Positions 1 through 8,518 are shown, counted from the first letter of the stretch. The stretch is 63,109 nt of DNA from an uncultured archaeon (GCA_964353635.1 CAYGVS010000002.1:1-63109), one strand, 5' to 3'. The notes: generated by a model from the sequence alone, not told the origin. Program-made: numbers and translations.

Positions 1-445
1 AGGGGAAGATACTTTTAGTACGAAAGGAACGGAGTGTCGCGGCCTCTGGTGTATCGGTTGTCAAATGGCACGCCGAGTAGCTAAGCCGTAACGGATAAGC
101 GCTGAAGGCATACCGGAAGAAGGCGTAAGTTATACGAATAGCCTAAATGGCTAGATTGGATTGTAAAGATAGAGTCCGATATATAGGAGCTGCAAATGCA
201 GCTGAATAGTGCTGTCTTCCGGGCCTAACTAAGCGTGAAGCCGTTCCTGAAAAGAGGCAACCATTATCCAAACTGGTAGGCGACAGTGGATAGACGGTGT
301 CTGTGACGCCGTCCAACCGCCAATATCGGTGCGGATAGGAGGGTCCTGTAGACGACAGGTTTGATGGAACAGGGGTGTAAGCACTAAGGTTCGCCGAGGT
401 GTTCAGCTCACTGCTACCAATCCCCGACTGGTCCTAGTTAAAAGG
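1..445 (+). rRNA. 23S (LSU) rRNA, 3'-terminal part, truncated by the window edge; 3' boundary approximate
   Basis: Sarcin-ricin loop AGTACGAAAGGAAC at 17-30. GGATAAGCGCTGAAGGCAT at 93-111 and CTAAGCG at 229-235 match conserved domain VI sequence. GTAGACGAC...GGTGTAAGC near 350-395 resembles the terminal helices. No coding signal. Confidence 0.85.
110..222 (+). other. ~110-nt structured insertion (intron or expansion segment) inside the 23S rRNA 3' domain
   Basis: It splits the normally contiguous GCUGAAAGCAU/CUAAGC stretch. It is closed by the 8-bp helix CCGGAAGA(113-120)/TCTTCCGG(215-222). Internal hairpins are TAGCC(139-143)/GGCTA(149-153) and AGCTGC(188-193)/GCAGCT(198-203). Confidence 0.5.
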
Positions 446-808
446 ATAGCTCACCATGATTTTTCTTTAAACTATCGAGTTAAAGGTATCTTTATGGAAA
501 GGAATGGCTACTGTAAGTTTAGGGAATCAGAGGCTTTTAGCAACCAGATCGTTCTGGAATGCTGCAGAAATCCATACTCATTTAAGAAAATAAAAACACA
601 CTATAAAATAATGGAAGCCCAGAAGATGTTTTTCCCATTCTCTGAACTTATCGGTGGAATGAAATCGGGCGAATATAAGACAGCAAACGGAAAGGGCAAA
701 AAAAGCAAAATCATAGCCATTCCCCCCCCCGAACCCTGATAGGTACTGTATAGAATGCGATTTTTACCTGAAATAAAGCTTTTTAAACATCCCCACAATT
801 CTTTATCA

Positions 809-1197
809 GGTGTGAGCCCCATAGATAGCGCCGTCCCAAGCCCATCAAAAGGTCAGGGATGAGGAAGCTCCATTCACCCAAACGTGGACAGAAGGCGTTC
901 CAAAAGAACCATCTTCTCTCCAGCGTTAGCGCATCGCTGCGAAGCGGGTGCTGAGAAGCATGCACAGGAGGCAGAAAACCACTGCCTGCCCGGAGCTATG
1001 AAGCGGGAACGCTTAGCACAGAAGGGCAGTGCCAGGTGAAACATCCTGTGATGCGCGGGTGCAAGTCGAAAATGGATTGACGCCTCTGGAAAGAGAGCGT
1101 CTCTCAAGCGAATACGCTCAGACAAATGCTATCAGCCGCTTTAGCAGGCTTTCAAGCCGGCTAGCGGTTCACAGAAAATGGGCTATTTGGGGCACAC
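809..1197 (+). ncRNA. rnpB: RNase P RNA (archaeal type A-like)
   Basis: P1 is GGTGTGAGCCCC(809-820) pairing with GGGGCACAC(1189-1197). CR-I-like GAGGAAGCTCC lies at ~861-871. P4 is AGC-U(bulge)-CCAUU pairing with AAUGGGCU inside the CR-V-like ACAGAAAATGGGCTAT (1171-1186). GTGCCAGGTGAAAC lies at ~1029-1042. The ORFs called here overlap one another on both strands and look spurious. Confidence 0.75.
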
Positions 1198-1322
1198 ATT
1201 TCTTTTTATATCTGGCAGATTTGCCATTTGGCAGATTTCTCCCAAGCAAATCAATACCATCTGCGGCAGGCACTTGATAGATTTCTGCAATATTTATATA
1301 GAGGCCCTAAGCATATAATATT

Positions 1323-1775
1323 ATGGACGATGATTACGAAATTATTCCGACTTCTCCCCTAAGAAGACTTGAAAAGCGCATTAGCCAAGTCGAGAGCTCC
1401 AGTTCTACATCAGAAGTCCAGAGGCTTATAGAGCAGATAATAGAGCTCATAAAGTCAAACCAGAGGATTATAGACGATGTAATAAAGGCTGACGCTGAGC
1501 TCAGAGACGAGATATCCAAGGTTCCCGGGAAGATTGATGAACTGCTCTCCAGCATGCATGAGTTCATGGAGATACTCAAGACATCTGCAACAGAGGATAC
1601 TGTATCCGATATATCCAAGGATGTCATGCAGCCCCTCGTGACAAAGATGACGGAAATGGTAGATCAGAACAAGAAGAATGTGGAAGTGGGGCAGGCCTCC
1701 CTCGCAAGCCTCGGCATAATAGACAAGAGGCTAAAGAGGATTTACCTACAGTTCGCAAATACTTACAGAAGATAG
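1323..1775 (+). CDS. hypothetical coiled-coil protein, first gene of pilus locus 1
   Basis: 150-aa ORF with TATA-like TTTATATA ~25 nt upstream. Heptad-rich sequence with no TM segment. No family recognised. Confidence 0.6.
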   Translation: MDDDYEIIPTSPLRRLEKRISQVESSSSTSEVQRLIEQIIELIKSNQRIIDDVIKADAELRDEISKVPGKIDELLSSMHEFMEILKTSATEDTVSDISKDVMQPLVTKMTEMVDQNKKNVEVGQASLASLGIIDKRLKRIYLQFANTYRR

Positions 1776-1785
1776 GAGGATAAAT

Positions 1786-2220
1786 ATGAAAAAGGGAATA
1801 ACCCCGATAGTGGCAACCATAATACTGTTGCTGATAACAGTGGCTCTGGCAGGCCTTGCCTGGACATTCCTATCCCAATACTATGGAGGCCTAACAAACA
1901 AGAATATCCAGGTCACTGACAGCTACTGCCTGAACGGTTTGGCAAAGGCTACACTATTAAACATCGGGTCGGCAACAATAAGCCTAGGCGGATGCACAGC
2001 AGCAGCTGGAGTATCAGGTCAAAGCACAGTATGTGGTGACGTAACAATAACAAAGACTGGCGGATTACCTGCAGCAATGTCGGGGAACACCTCGGCTGCA
2101 ACAATTCCATCGCAGGGAAGCGTTACATTCACTGACGTTTGCACAGCAAGCAACACATGCGTATATAGGATAACAACCGGCTCAGGAATCGGCGCCAACG
2201 TAGTGTCTGTAACATGTTAA
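1786..2220 (+). CDS. archaeal type IV pilin (class III signal peptide), copy 1
   Basis: N-terminus MKKG|ITPIVATIILLLITVALAG is the Pilin_N-type prepilin signal. SD AGGAGG lies 6 nt upstream. 144 aa, Cys-containing C-domain. Confidence 0.85.
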   Translation: MKKGITPIVATIILLLITVALAGLAWTFLSQYYGGLTNKNIQVTDSYCLNGLAKATLLNIGSATISLGGCTAAAGVSGQSTVCGDVTITKTGGLPAAMSGNTSAATIPSQGSVTFTDVCTASNTCVYRITTGSGIGANVVSVTC

Positions 2221-2265
2221 TCTTGACACAGAAACTGATTGCTTATAACAAAGAGGAGGATAAAT

Positions 2266-2700
2266 ATGAAAAAGGGAATAACACCCATAGTAGCAACGAT
2301 AATCCTGTTGCTCATAACAGTGGCTCTGGCAGGCCTTGCCTGGACATTCCTATCCCAATACTATGGAGGCCTAACAAACAAGAATATCCAGGTCACTGAC
2401 AGCTACTGCCTGAACGGTTTGGCAAAGGCTACACTATTAAACATCGGGTCGGCAACAATAAGCCTAGGCGGATGCACAGCAGCAGCTGGAGTATCAGGTC
2501 AAAGCACAGTATGTGGTGACGTAACAATAACAAAGACTGGCGGATTACCTGCAGCAATGTCGGGGAACACCTCGGCTGCAACAATTCCATCGCAGGGAAG
2601 CGTTACATTCACTGACGTTTGCACAGCAAGCAACACATGCGTATATAGGGTAACAACCGGCTCAGGAATCGGTCCCAATGTAGTGTCTGTAACATGCTAA
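2266..2700 (+). CDS. archaeal type IV pilin, copy 2 (start moved from the track's 2239 to the ATG matching copy 1)
   Basis: Same RBS and start context (GAGGAGGATAAATATG) as copy 1. 144 aa, differing from copy 1 at 2 residues. Confidence 0.85.
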   Translation: MKKGITPIVATIILLLITVALAGLAWTFLSQYYGGLTNKNIQVTDSYCLNGLAKATLLNIGSATISLGGCTAAAGVSGQSTVCGDVTITKTGGLPAAMSGNTSAATIPSQGSVTFTDVCTASNTCVYRVTTGSGIGPNVVSVTC

Positions 2701-2712
2701 GGCTAGTTGAAT

Positions 2713-3342
2713 ATGATCCCAAAAGCCCAGACGCAAGTGATTACCATAGTCCTGATAAGTGGGATAGTGATAAGTCTTCTGGGCACAGCATACATGTGGG
2801 GCATCCCTTTGATAACAAAAAGGACCTCCATAACAGAGTTTCTTTCAGCCGAGGACTTCGTTGTGAAGCTTGACCAGAAAATAATCGACATATCCGCGAG
2901 CGAGTCCGGTGAAACGACCTTGGATATGCCTGACGGCCTTATAAGGGTTTATTCATATGATGCCTTAGACCCCCTGAACAATTCTTTAATCTTTGAATTC
3001 GTGACAGATCAGCCTTTGTCGACCACCAATTCCAACGTGATACTCAAGACCAGCATACTCGGTGACAATGCCACCTATGGGGAGGCTGAGCCCAGGATAA
3101 TGTCAATGTCAACGGGAAGCTATGCTACCGGCAGCAAGATATCACTAAGGCTGCGGTACAGGGAGCTTGACACCACGACCCAGCCATTCAGGGGATATCA
3201 GATAAGCCTGGTTGCGGGCTCCATTTCCGGAACTGAGCAGGTTATCCTTTCCTATGCGGGCACAGAGGTGAACCCAGGCGGCAAAAAAGCCATGAACGGA
3301 GGCGACCTGTTCTTGACAAAGATCAAGGTAGACGCTGTTTAG
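2713..3342 (+). CDS. pilin-like protein (minor pilin candidate)
   Basis: N-terminus MIPKAQ|TQVITIVLISGIVISLLGTAY is a short charged leader followed by a ~20-aa hydrophobic helix. The track's start at 2707 is TTG; the ATG is at 2713. Confidence 0.65.
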   Translation: MIPKAQTQVITIVLISGIVISLLGTAYMWGIPLITKRTSITEFLSAEDFVVKLDQKIIDISASESGETTLDMPDGLIRVYSYDALDPLNNSLIFEFVTDQPLSTTNSNVILKTSILGDNATYGEAEPRIMSMSTGSYATGSKISLRLRYRELDTTTQPFRGYQISLVAGSISGTEQVILSYAGTEVNPGGKKAMNGGDLFLTKIKVDAV

Positions 3343-3391
3343 CGCTTCAAGCCGGACCTGTTTTTAATAGAAGCCAATGCAATTATATAGC

Positions 3392-3817
3392 ATGGAAAAA
3401 AGGCGCATGAAGGCAGTTTCTCTGATATTCGAGCAGGCTTTGCTGTTCGCATTTGGCGTAACAATATTCATCGCATGCATTGCGGCCTTCAACAACTACG
3501 GCTCATACTTCAGCTCGATTGGCTCCAACGACCAGCTAACGGAATTAAGCGAATATATGAGCTCCAATATAATAAAGCTGAGCGAGAGGGAGGGGGAATC
3601 ATCCCTGAAGGTGACTGTCCCGAAAAAAATCCTGTCAGAGAGCTACATCATGGAGCTTAGCAGCCAGGGCCTCAATATCACAATCCCCGCCACCAAGGCA
3701 TACAGGAGCACATCCCTTTTCAACATGAACCAGTCCTATGAGCTGAAAGGCAGGGTTGTGAGCACTGCAGGCAACATGATAATTATAAAGACGGGAAACC
3801 AAATTATCATAAAATAG
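3392..3817 (+). CDS. pilin-like protein (minor pilin candidate)
   Basis: MEKRRMKA|VSLIFEQALLFAFGVTIFIACIAAF is a basic leader plus hydrophobic helix. Start choice among 3377, 3392 and 3407 is uncertain. Confidence 0.55.
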   Translation: MEKRRMKAVSLIFEQALLFAFGVTIFIACIAAFNNYGSYFSSIGSNDQLTELSEYMSSNIIKLSEREGESSLKVTVPKKILSESYIMELSSQGLNITIPATKAYRSTSLFNMNQSYELKGRVVSTAGNMIIIKTGNQIIIK

Positions 3818-3828
3818 AGAAGAGTTGC

Positions 3829-5655
3829 ATGAGGATACTTAGAATTAGAATAAAAGGCCAGAAGAAGAAGTCCTTCGCAGTCAAGAGTATTGCAAGGAGG
3901 TTCAAGAAGGGCTACAAGGCTTGGACCAAGAAGAAGCAGCTGGAGAAGCAGGCTGCCCAGGGCTACTATGGGGCTGCTGGCGGGCCAAGCTTCGTATACC
4001 AGCCGATGATATATGCGCCCTACAGCAGAAAGGATGACAAGAAGGAGGAGAAGACTAAGTCGCTGGAATTCGAAGCGGCAAGAGACGGTGTTGAGATCCC
4101 GACAAAATTCTCCGACTTCAGCGGGGGAGCAATACGCTCAGAAGAAACAAGGGAAGTGCTGAAGAAGGTGAACATCACATATCACCTGATCCCAAGATTC
4201 CCCAAGAAGGGCGACAGGATTTTTGCATATGTCAATATAAGCTGGGATTCGAAGATAGGCGAGCTTGTCTACCACTTGATTGAGCCCTCGTTAACACAAG
4301 AGGACAGAGAGACCATAGACATGGTGAAAAGGGAGCTGGAGGAAAGGCTTGACATTGACTTCATGAAACTGGGGGAGATAAAGGCGAAGAGCACCCTAAG
4401 AATGGAATCCCTTAACATACTAAACGAGCAGGCAGAACTGAAATTCGATGACAGCAAGAAATCAGTCATCCTATATTATATAGAAAAGGAGATTATGGGC
4501 CTGGGCAAAATAGAGCCTCTCATGAGCGATCCCAACATAGAGGATGTCTCGTGCGACGGAGTCGGGATACCTTTATATGTCTACCACAGGGACCCCAAAA
4601 TAGGCTCTTTGAGAACCAACATTTATTTTTCGGACAGTGATGAACTCAACACTTTTGTTTTCAGGCTTGCCCAGAGATGCAAGAAGATAATATCAATAGC
4701 AGACCCGCTCCTTGATGCAGCTTTGCCTGATGGCTCCAGGGTTCAGGCAACGCTGGGGACAGATATAGCCAGAAAGGGCTCGAATTACACCATAAGGAAG
4801 TTCACCGAGGAGCCGCTCACCCCGACCCACATGCTCAGGAAGGGCACTTTGAACTCCACCCAGCTGGCCTACCTTTGGATTACGATAGACAACGGCCAAT
4901 CCGTCCTGATATCAGGAGGCACAGCAACAGGCAAGACTTCGATGCTTAATGCGCTTTCGCTTTTCATCCGTCCCAATCTCAAGATTGTTAGCATAGAGGA
5001 CACGCCTGAGCTGAGGCTGCCGCATCCCCACTGGATACCAGAGGTTGCCAGAACTCCGCTGGGCGTGGAAGGCAAGAAGGGAGAAGTAAGCCTTTTCGAT
5101 TTGCTTAGGTCATCTCTTAGGCAAAGGCCTGACTACATTATTATGGGAGAGGTGAGAGGCAAGGAAGCCTTCGTGCTATTCCAGCAGATGGCTACTGGTC
5201 ACCCTTCGATAGCAACGATACACGCCGCTTCGATAGAGCAGCTTATCGACAGGCTGACCACACCACCGATTTCCCTTCCGCCCAGCCTGATCGAAAACAT
5301 TAACGTCGTGGTATTCCTTACGCTTTCAAGGCTCAAGGAGATCTATGTAAGGAGGGCTGATGCCATACTTGAGGTCATAGGAGTGAAAGACAACAAGCCC
5401 CTGACCAACAAGGTCTTCGAATGGAAGCCCATATCAGACTCCTTCGAGATCTCACAGAAATCCTTTGTCCTCAAGAACCTGGCCAGAAGGATGGGAATAA
5501 CCGAGGAGACCATAAAGGAAGAGATAATGCGAAGGAAGGTCATTCTGGAATGGATGCTGGCGCAGGAGATATACGACTATAATGAGTTCGCGAAGATTAT
5601 TAGCGAGTATTATTCCAATCCCGATAAGGTGATAGGCCTTATCCAGGCCACATGA
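3829..5655 (+). CDS. type IV pilus assembly ATPase, FlaI/PilB/VirB11 (GspE) family (ATPase 1)
   Basis: Walker A GGTATGKTS, followed by SIEDTPEL, MGEVRG and ATIHA motifs typical of secretion ATPases. Lys-rich ~100-aa N-terminal extension. Confidence 0.9.
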   Translation: MRILRIRIKGQKKKSFAVKSIARRFKKGYKAWTKKKQLEKQAAQGYYGAAGGPSFVYQPMIYAPYSRKDDKKEEKTKSLEFEAARDGVEIPTKFSDFSGGAIRSEETREVLKKVNITYHLIPRFPKKGDRIFAYVNISWDSKIGELVYHLIEPSLTQEDRETIDMVKRELEERLDIDFMKLGEIKAKSTLRMESLNILNEQAELKFDDSKKSVILYYIEKEIMGLGKIEPLMSDPNIEDVSCDGVGIPLYVYHRDPKIGSLRTNIYFSDSDELNTFVFRLAQRCKKIISIADPLLDAALPDGSRVQATLGTDIARKGSNYTIRKFTEEPLTPTHMLRKGTLNSTQLAYLWITIDNGQSVLISGGTATGKTSMLNALSLFIRPNLKIVSIEDTPELRLPHPHWIPEVARTPLGVEGKKGEVSLFDLLRSSLRQRPDYIIMGEVRGKEAFVLFQQMATGHPSIATIHAASIEQLIDRLTTPPISLPPSLIENINVVVFLTLSRLKEIYVRRADAILEVIGVKDNKPLTNKVFEWKPISDSFEISQKSFVLKNLARRMGITEETIKEEIMRRKVILEWMLAQEIYDYNEFAKIISEYYSNPDKVIGLIQAT

Positions 5656-5684
5656 TCGGGATGAAGGATTAAGGTGCATTCGGA

Positions 5685-6587
5685 ATGTTTGGCGGCATGC
5701 CTTTTGGCCGGATAGCTCTCAAGCTCTTCGGGAAGATAGTCGAGCCTTACATGCTGTACTTCGATGCCCTTAGGATGACCCTCAAGAGGGCTGGCATCAG
5801 GGCAGGGATCCATGAATACATATGCTCCATACTGTTCTATTGCTTCCTTGGATTTGCTGCAGCAATTGTATTAGGGTCAGTGTTCATCGCCCTTGCAGTC
5901 ACCAACGCCAGCAAATCAATGACAATGTCCATGGCCGATGTGTTCTATTCGTACACGCTCTCAATCATTATCTCAATCCTGGCAGGCGGCTGCACATTAC
6001 TTGTTGGCTATTATTACCCTTCCATAAGATGCAAGACCATCAAGACCAAGATAGACAGGTCACTGCCCTTTGCCGTCTTCTATATGGCCACATCGGCATC
6101 CTCAGGCATAAACCCGGTGGAGATATTCAACATGCTTTCACAGAAGGAAGGCATATTAGGCAAGGAGGCCGCAAAGATATACAGCGATGTCAACACGCTG
6201 GGCATGGACCTTTCTGCCGCATTGCAGAAGGCTGCCATAAGGACCCCGTCGATGCTGTTCGCAGATCTGCTGTGGAGCATGGCCACGATTATAACAACAG
6301 GCGGTGACATACAGAAATACCTCACAGGCAAGACAAGGACCTTCATGGCCCAGTACAGAAGGAATCTTGACGGCTATGCAAAGCAGATATCCCTGTACAC
6401 TGAGATATACACCACCCTGGTTATTGTAGGAAGCCTGTTCTTCATAGTCATAATATCCATAATGAGCCCGATGATGGGGGGAGGTGCCATGCTCCTGCTG
6501 TACCAGACATTCTTGGTGTTCTTCTTCATACCGGCTGTGTCTATTGGATTCATCGTCCTGCTTAAGGGGATATATCCTAGCGAGTGA
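5685..6587 (+). CDS. pilus platform protein, T2SSF-domain half 1 (TadB/FlaJ-like)
   Basis: One cytoplasmic T2SSF-like domain (LPFAVFYMATSASSGINPVEIF...ALQKAA) flanked by TM helices. Confidence 0.75.
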   Translation: MFGGMPFGRIALKLFGKIVEPYMLYFDALRMTLKRAGIRAGIHEYICSILFYCFLGFAAAIVLGSVFIALAVTNASKSMTMSMADVFYSYTLSIIISILAGGCTLLVGYYYPSIRCKTIKTKIDRSLPFAVFYMATSASSGINPVEIFNMLSQKEGILGKEAAKIYSDVNTLGMDLSAALQKAAIRTPSMLFADLLWSMATIITTGGDIQKYLTGKTRTFMAQYRRNLDGYAKQISLYTEIYTTLVIVGSLFFIVIISIMSPMMGGGAMLLLYQTFLVFFFIPAVSIGFIVLLKGIYPSE

Positions 6588-6594
6588 TTTGAGA

Positions 6595-7524
6595 ATGAGA
6601 AAGAAGGAAAGCAGCAGAAACGTGATATTGTACCCGGCGATTGTCAGCGCAGCTATCATAGCGATAGGCATAATAATTGGGGATGTGCCAGTCCTCGCGA
6701 ACCTTGCGATAATAGCCATATTCGTCTTCATAGTCCCACTTTTCATCTACAAGTATTCCAAGCGCCTCTGGATCAAGGGCATTGAGGAGCAGTTCCCGAA
6801 CTTCGTCAGGGACCTTGCAGACTCGGCACGCTCAGGCATGTCGCTGCCTGAAAGCATAGGGGTGGCTGCAAAATCCAACTATGGAAAGCTCACGCCTGAG
6901 ATAGAGAAGATGTACAACAGGCTATCCTGGGGAACCCCATTCCTGAGGACCATGGAGATTTTCAACGAATCAGCAAAGGAATCAAGGATAATATCCGAGG
7001 CGCTGAGGATAATCAAGCAGTCATACGAAAGCGGAGGAAGCATACCTGCAACCCTGGACTCGGTCTCAAAGGATATACTCATGCTCAAGGAAGCCGAAGC
7101 TGAGAGGATGTCACTGGTGAGGGAGCAGGTAATGATTATGTATGGCCTCTTCTTCATATTCGTGGGGATATCGGTCATGATAATCTTTGTAATGGTCCCC
7201 ATGATAGGCTCCCAGGCAGCCATGGAAGGGCTGAGCACCACAGGATTCGGCTTCTCTAACCCATGCCAGGACAGCGGCATCATATTTCCCTGCGGATTCT
7301 TCCGGGGAATATGCATCCTGTTCAGCATCAGCAAGGACATAACATGCTACTACGTTGCGATATTCTTCTCCGTGGTCCTGATACAGGGCCTATTCACAGG
7401 GCTCATAGCAGGCCAGCTCAGCGAGAACTCCATATTGGCAGGCTCAAAACACTCTCTCATAATGATTATCGTCTCCATAGGAGTCTTCCTGTTCATTTCG
7501 AAGATGGGCATGTTTCCTGCCTAA
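6595..7524 (+). CDS. pilus platform protein, T2SSF-domain half 2 (TadC/FlaJ-like)
   Basis: Second T2SSF-like domain (FPNFVRDLADSARSGMSLPESI...). In-frame ATG at 6595 lies 8 nt after the stop of the previous gene. The track's 6484 start would overlap the previous gene by 104 nt. Confidence 0.75.
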   Translation: MRKKESSRNVILYPAIVSAAIIAIGIIIGDVPVLANLAIIAIFVFIVPLFIYKYSKRLWIKGIEEQFPNFVRDLADSARSGMSLPESIGVAAKSNYGKLTPEIEKMYNRLSWGTPFLRTMEIFNESAKESRIISEALRIIKQSYESGGSIPATLDSVSKDILMLKEAEAERMSLVREQVMIMYGLFFIFVGISVMIIFVMVPMIGSQAAMEGLSTTGFGFSNPCQDSGIIFPCGFFRGICILFSISKDITCYYVAIFFSVVLIQGLFTGLIAGQLSENSILAGSKHSLIMIIVSIGVFLFISKMGMFPA

Positions 7525-7545
7525 GGAAAGAAGGCGAACCAGGGA

Positions 7546-7573
7546 AAAGAAGGCGGCAAAAGCCGCCTTCTTT
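7546..7573 (+). terminator. hairpin plus T-tract after pilus operon 1
   Basis: AAAGAAGGCGGC-aaaa-GCCGCCTTCTTT is a 12-bp perfect stem 22 nt after the 7524 stop. Confidence 0.6.
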
Positions 7574-7629
7574 CCAATATCCATCTGTTAATAGGCAAGC
7601 CATTAAAGCGCAGCACCCAAATATATGTC

Positions 7630-8238
7630 ATGAATGAGCTTCCCAGGCAGCTTGTCCACCTGAGCGGCCTTGCCTTCATAGCATTCGCCCAGCTCGTGGA
7701 CAAGGCAACTGCCAGCATCATATTCTTCCTTGTGGCTTTCTTCTTTTTCCTTTACGGGGAGCATGTGCTCATCTGTGAAAAGCACGAACGCAACCTCCTT
7801 GCCAGGCTTGAGTGCAGGCTCAGGGCATTCGCCCTCTCCCTGGAAAGGAGTGAGTCCAGGAGGCCTTTCGCAGGAGCATTCTGGTTCTACATAGGCCTGG
7901 GCCTGGCATTCCTGCTATTCCCCCTTCCTGCAGCCACTGCGGCCGGGGCCACCTTGGCAGTCTCCGATTCGCTCTCCACAGCAGTCGGCTCAAGGCTGGG
8001 GAGACATAGCCTGCTGGGCAAAAAAACCCTGGAGGGCACTGCAGCCTTCCTTATAAGCGCCTTCTTTGTCTGCCTCATCTTCGTGGGGCCTCTGCCGGCC
8101 TTGACCGGAGCTGCCGCAGCCACGCTCGCCGAGCTGCTCCCTGGCACTGCATGGGCATCAAGGAACCTGAGGAACCTCCTGGATGACAATTTGCTCATAC
8201 CGGTGGCTGGGGGGTTGGTGATTTCCCTACTGATTTGA
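7630..8238 (+). CDS. dolichol/polyprenol kinase-like (CTP_transf_1 family) membrane protein
   Basis: Polytopic membrane protein with SDSLSTAVGSRLG...GKKTLEGTAAF, the DolK/phytol kinase/CdsA-type C-terminal motif. Confidence 0.6.
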   Translation: MNELPRQLVHLSGLAFIAFAQLVDKATASIIFFLVAFFFFLYGEHVLICEKHERNLLARLECRLRAFALSLERSESRRPFAGAFWFYIGLGLAFLLFPLPAATAAGATLAVSDSLSTAVGSRLGRHSLLGKKTLEGTAAFLISAFFVCLIFVGPLPALTGAAAATLAELLPGTAWASRNLRNLLDDNLLIPVAGGLVISLLI

Positions 8239-8244
8239 TTATAA

Positions 8245-8259
8245 GATGCCCCCGACGGG
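8245..8259. repeat. 15-nt direct repeat copy of the tRNA-Arg 3' end (att-like)
   Basis: GATGCCCCCGACGGG is identical to 8601-8615, in the same orientation. Confidence 0.9.
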
Positions 8260-8350
8260 CAGAACTCGTTATCGTTTATTCCCCAGGCTGCAACTATATT
8301 TTAAATAATCCCTAATGGCGAAATGTTAGCTGGGATTGTTGAAGGAATGA

Positions 8351-8518
8351 TTATCTTATTTTATCCTTTTTCCTGAAAGTTGATTCCCAACAATCTTTGC
8401 ATACAGGGGCACGAATCTCTTTACCCGATTTAATTTGTATCAGGATATCTTCATATTGGCCGTTTTTTAATTGCCTGCACATCCAGCATTGAAACTTATC
8501 TTGCGACGATTTTGGCAT
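8351..8518 (-). CDS. 55-aa CxxC...CxxC zinc-ribbon mini-protein (not in ORF track, below 60 aa)
   Basis: Translates to MPKSSQDKFQCWMCRQLKNGQYEDILIQIKSGKEIRAPVCKDCWESTFRKKDKIR. SD AAGGTGAT lies 4 nt upstream of the ATG. Confidence 0.5.
   Translation of the reverse strand: MPKSSQDKFQCWMCRQLKNGQYEDILIQIKSGKEIRAPVCKDCWESTFRKKDKIR

Larger units (their letters stand above)
1774..2700 (+). repeat. tandem duplication, period 480 bp (two pilin genes with their RBS)
   Basis: 1834-2169 is identical to 2314-2649 (336 nt). Differences are confined to both gene ends. Confidence 0.95.

Noticed and set aside
700-780. Possible 5S rRNA (CCATTCCCCCCCCCGAACCC...GGTACTG resembles the 5S CCGAAC and AGUACUG motifs)
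   Set aside because: Only ~10 nt separate the two motif-like strings, against ~38 nt in real 5S. No helix I pairing is visible and the surrounding sequence is AT-rich and unstructured. The 9-C run is just a homopolymer.
494-1277. Five ORFs of 60-83 aa from the track (494..739, 601..822, 783..965, 874..1125, 1029..1277)
   Set aside because: They overlap one another on both strands, lack SD or TATA context and cover the rRNA trailer and the RNase P RNA. They are best explained as non-coding.
7630-8238. Possible prepilin peptidase (FlaK/PibD) directly after pilus locus 1
   Set aside because: It lacks the two-aspartate GxGD-type signature. The KTLEG-containing C-terminal motif fits the dolichol kinase/CdsA superfamily instead. 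No prepilin peptidase is identifiable in this window.
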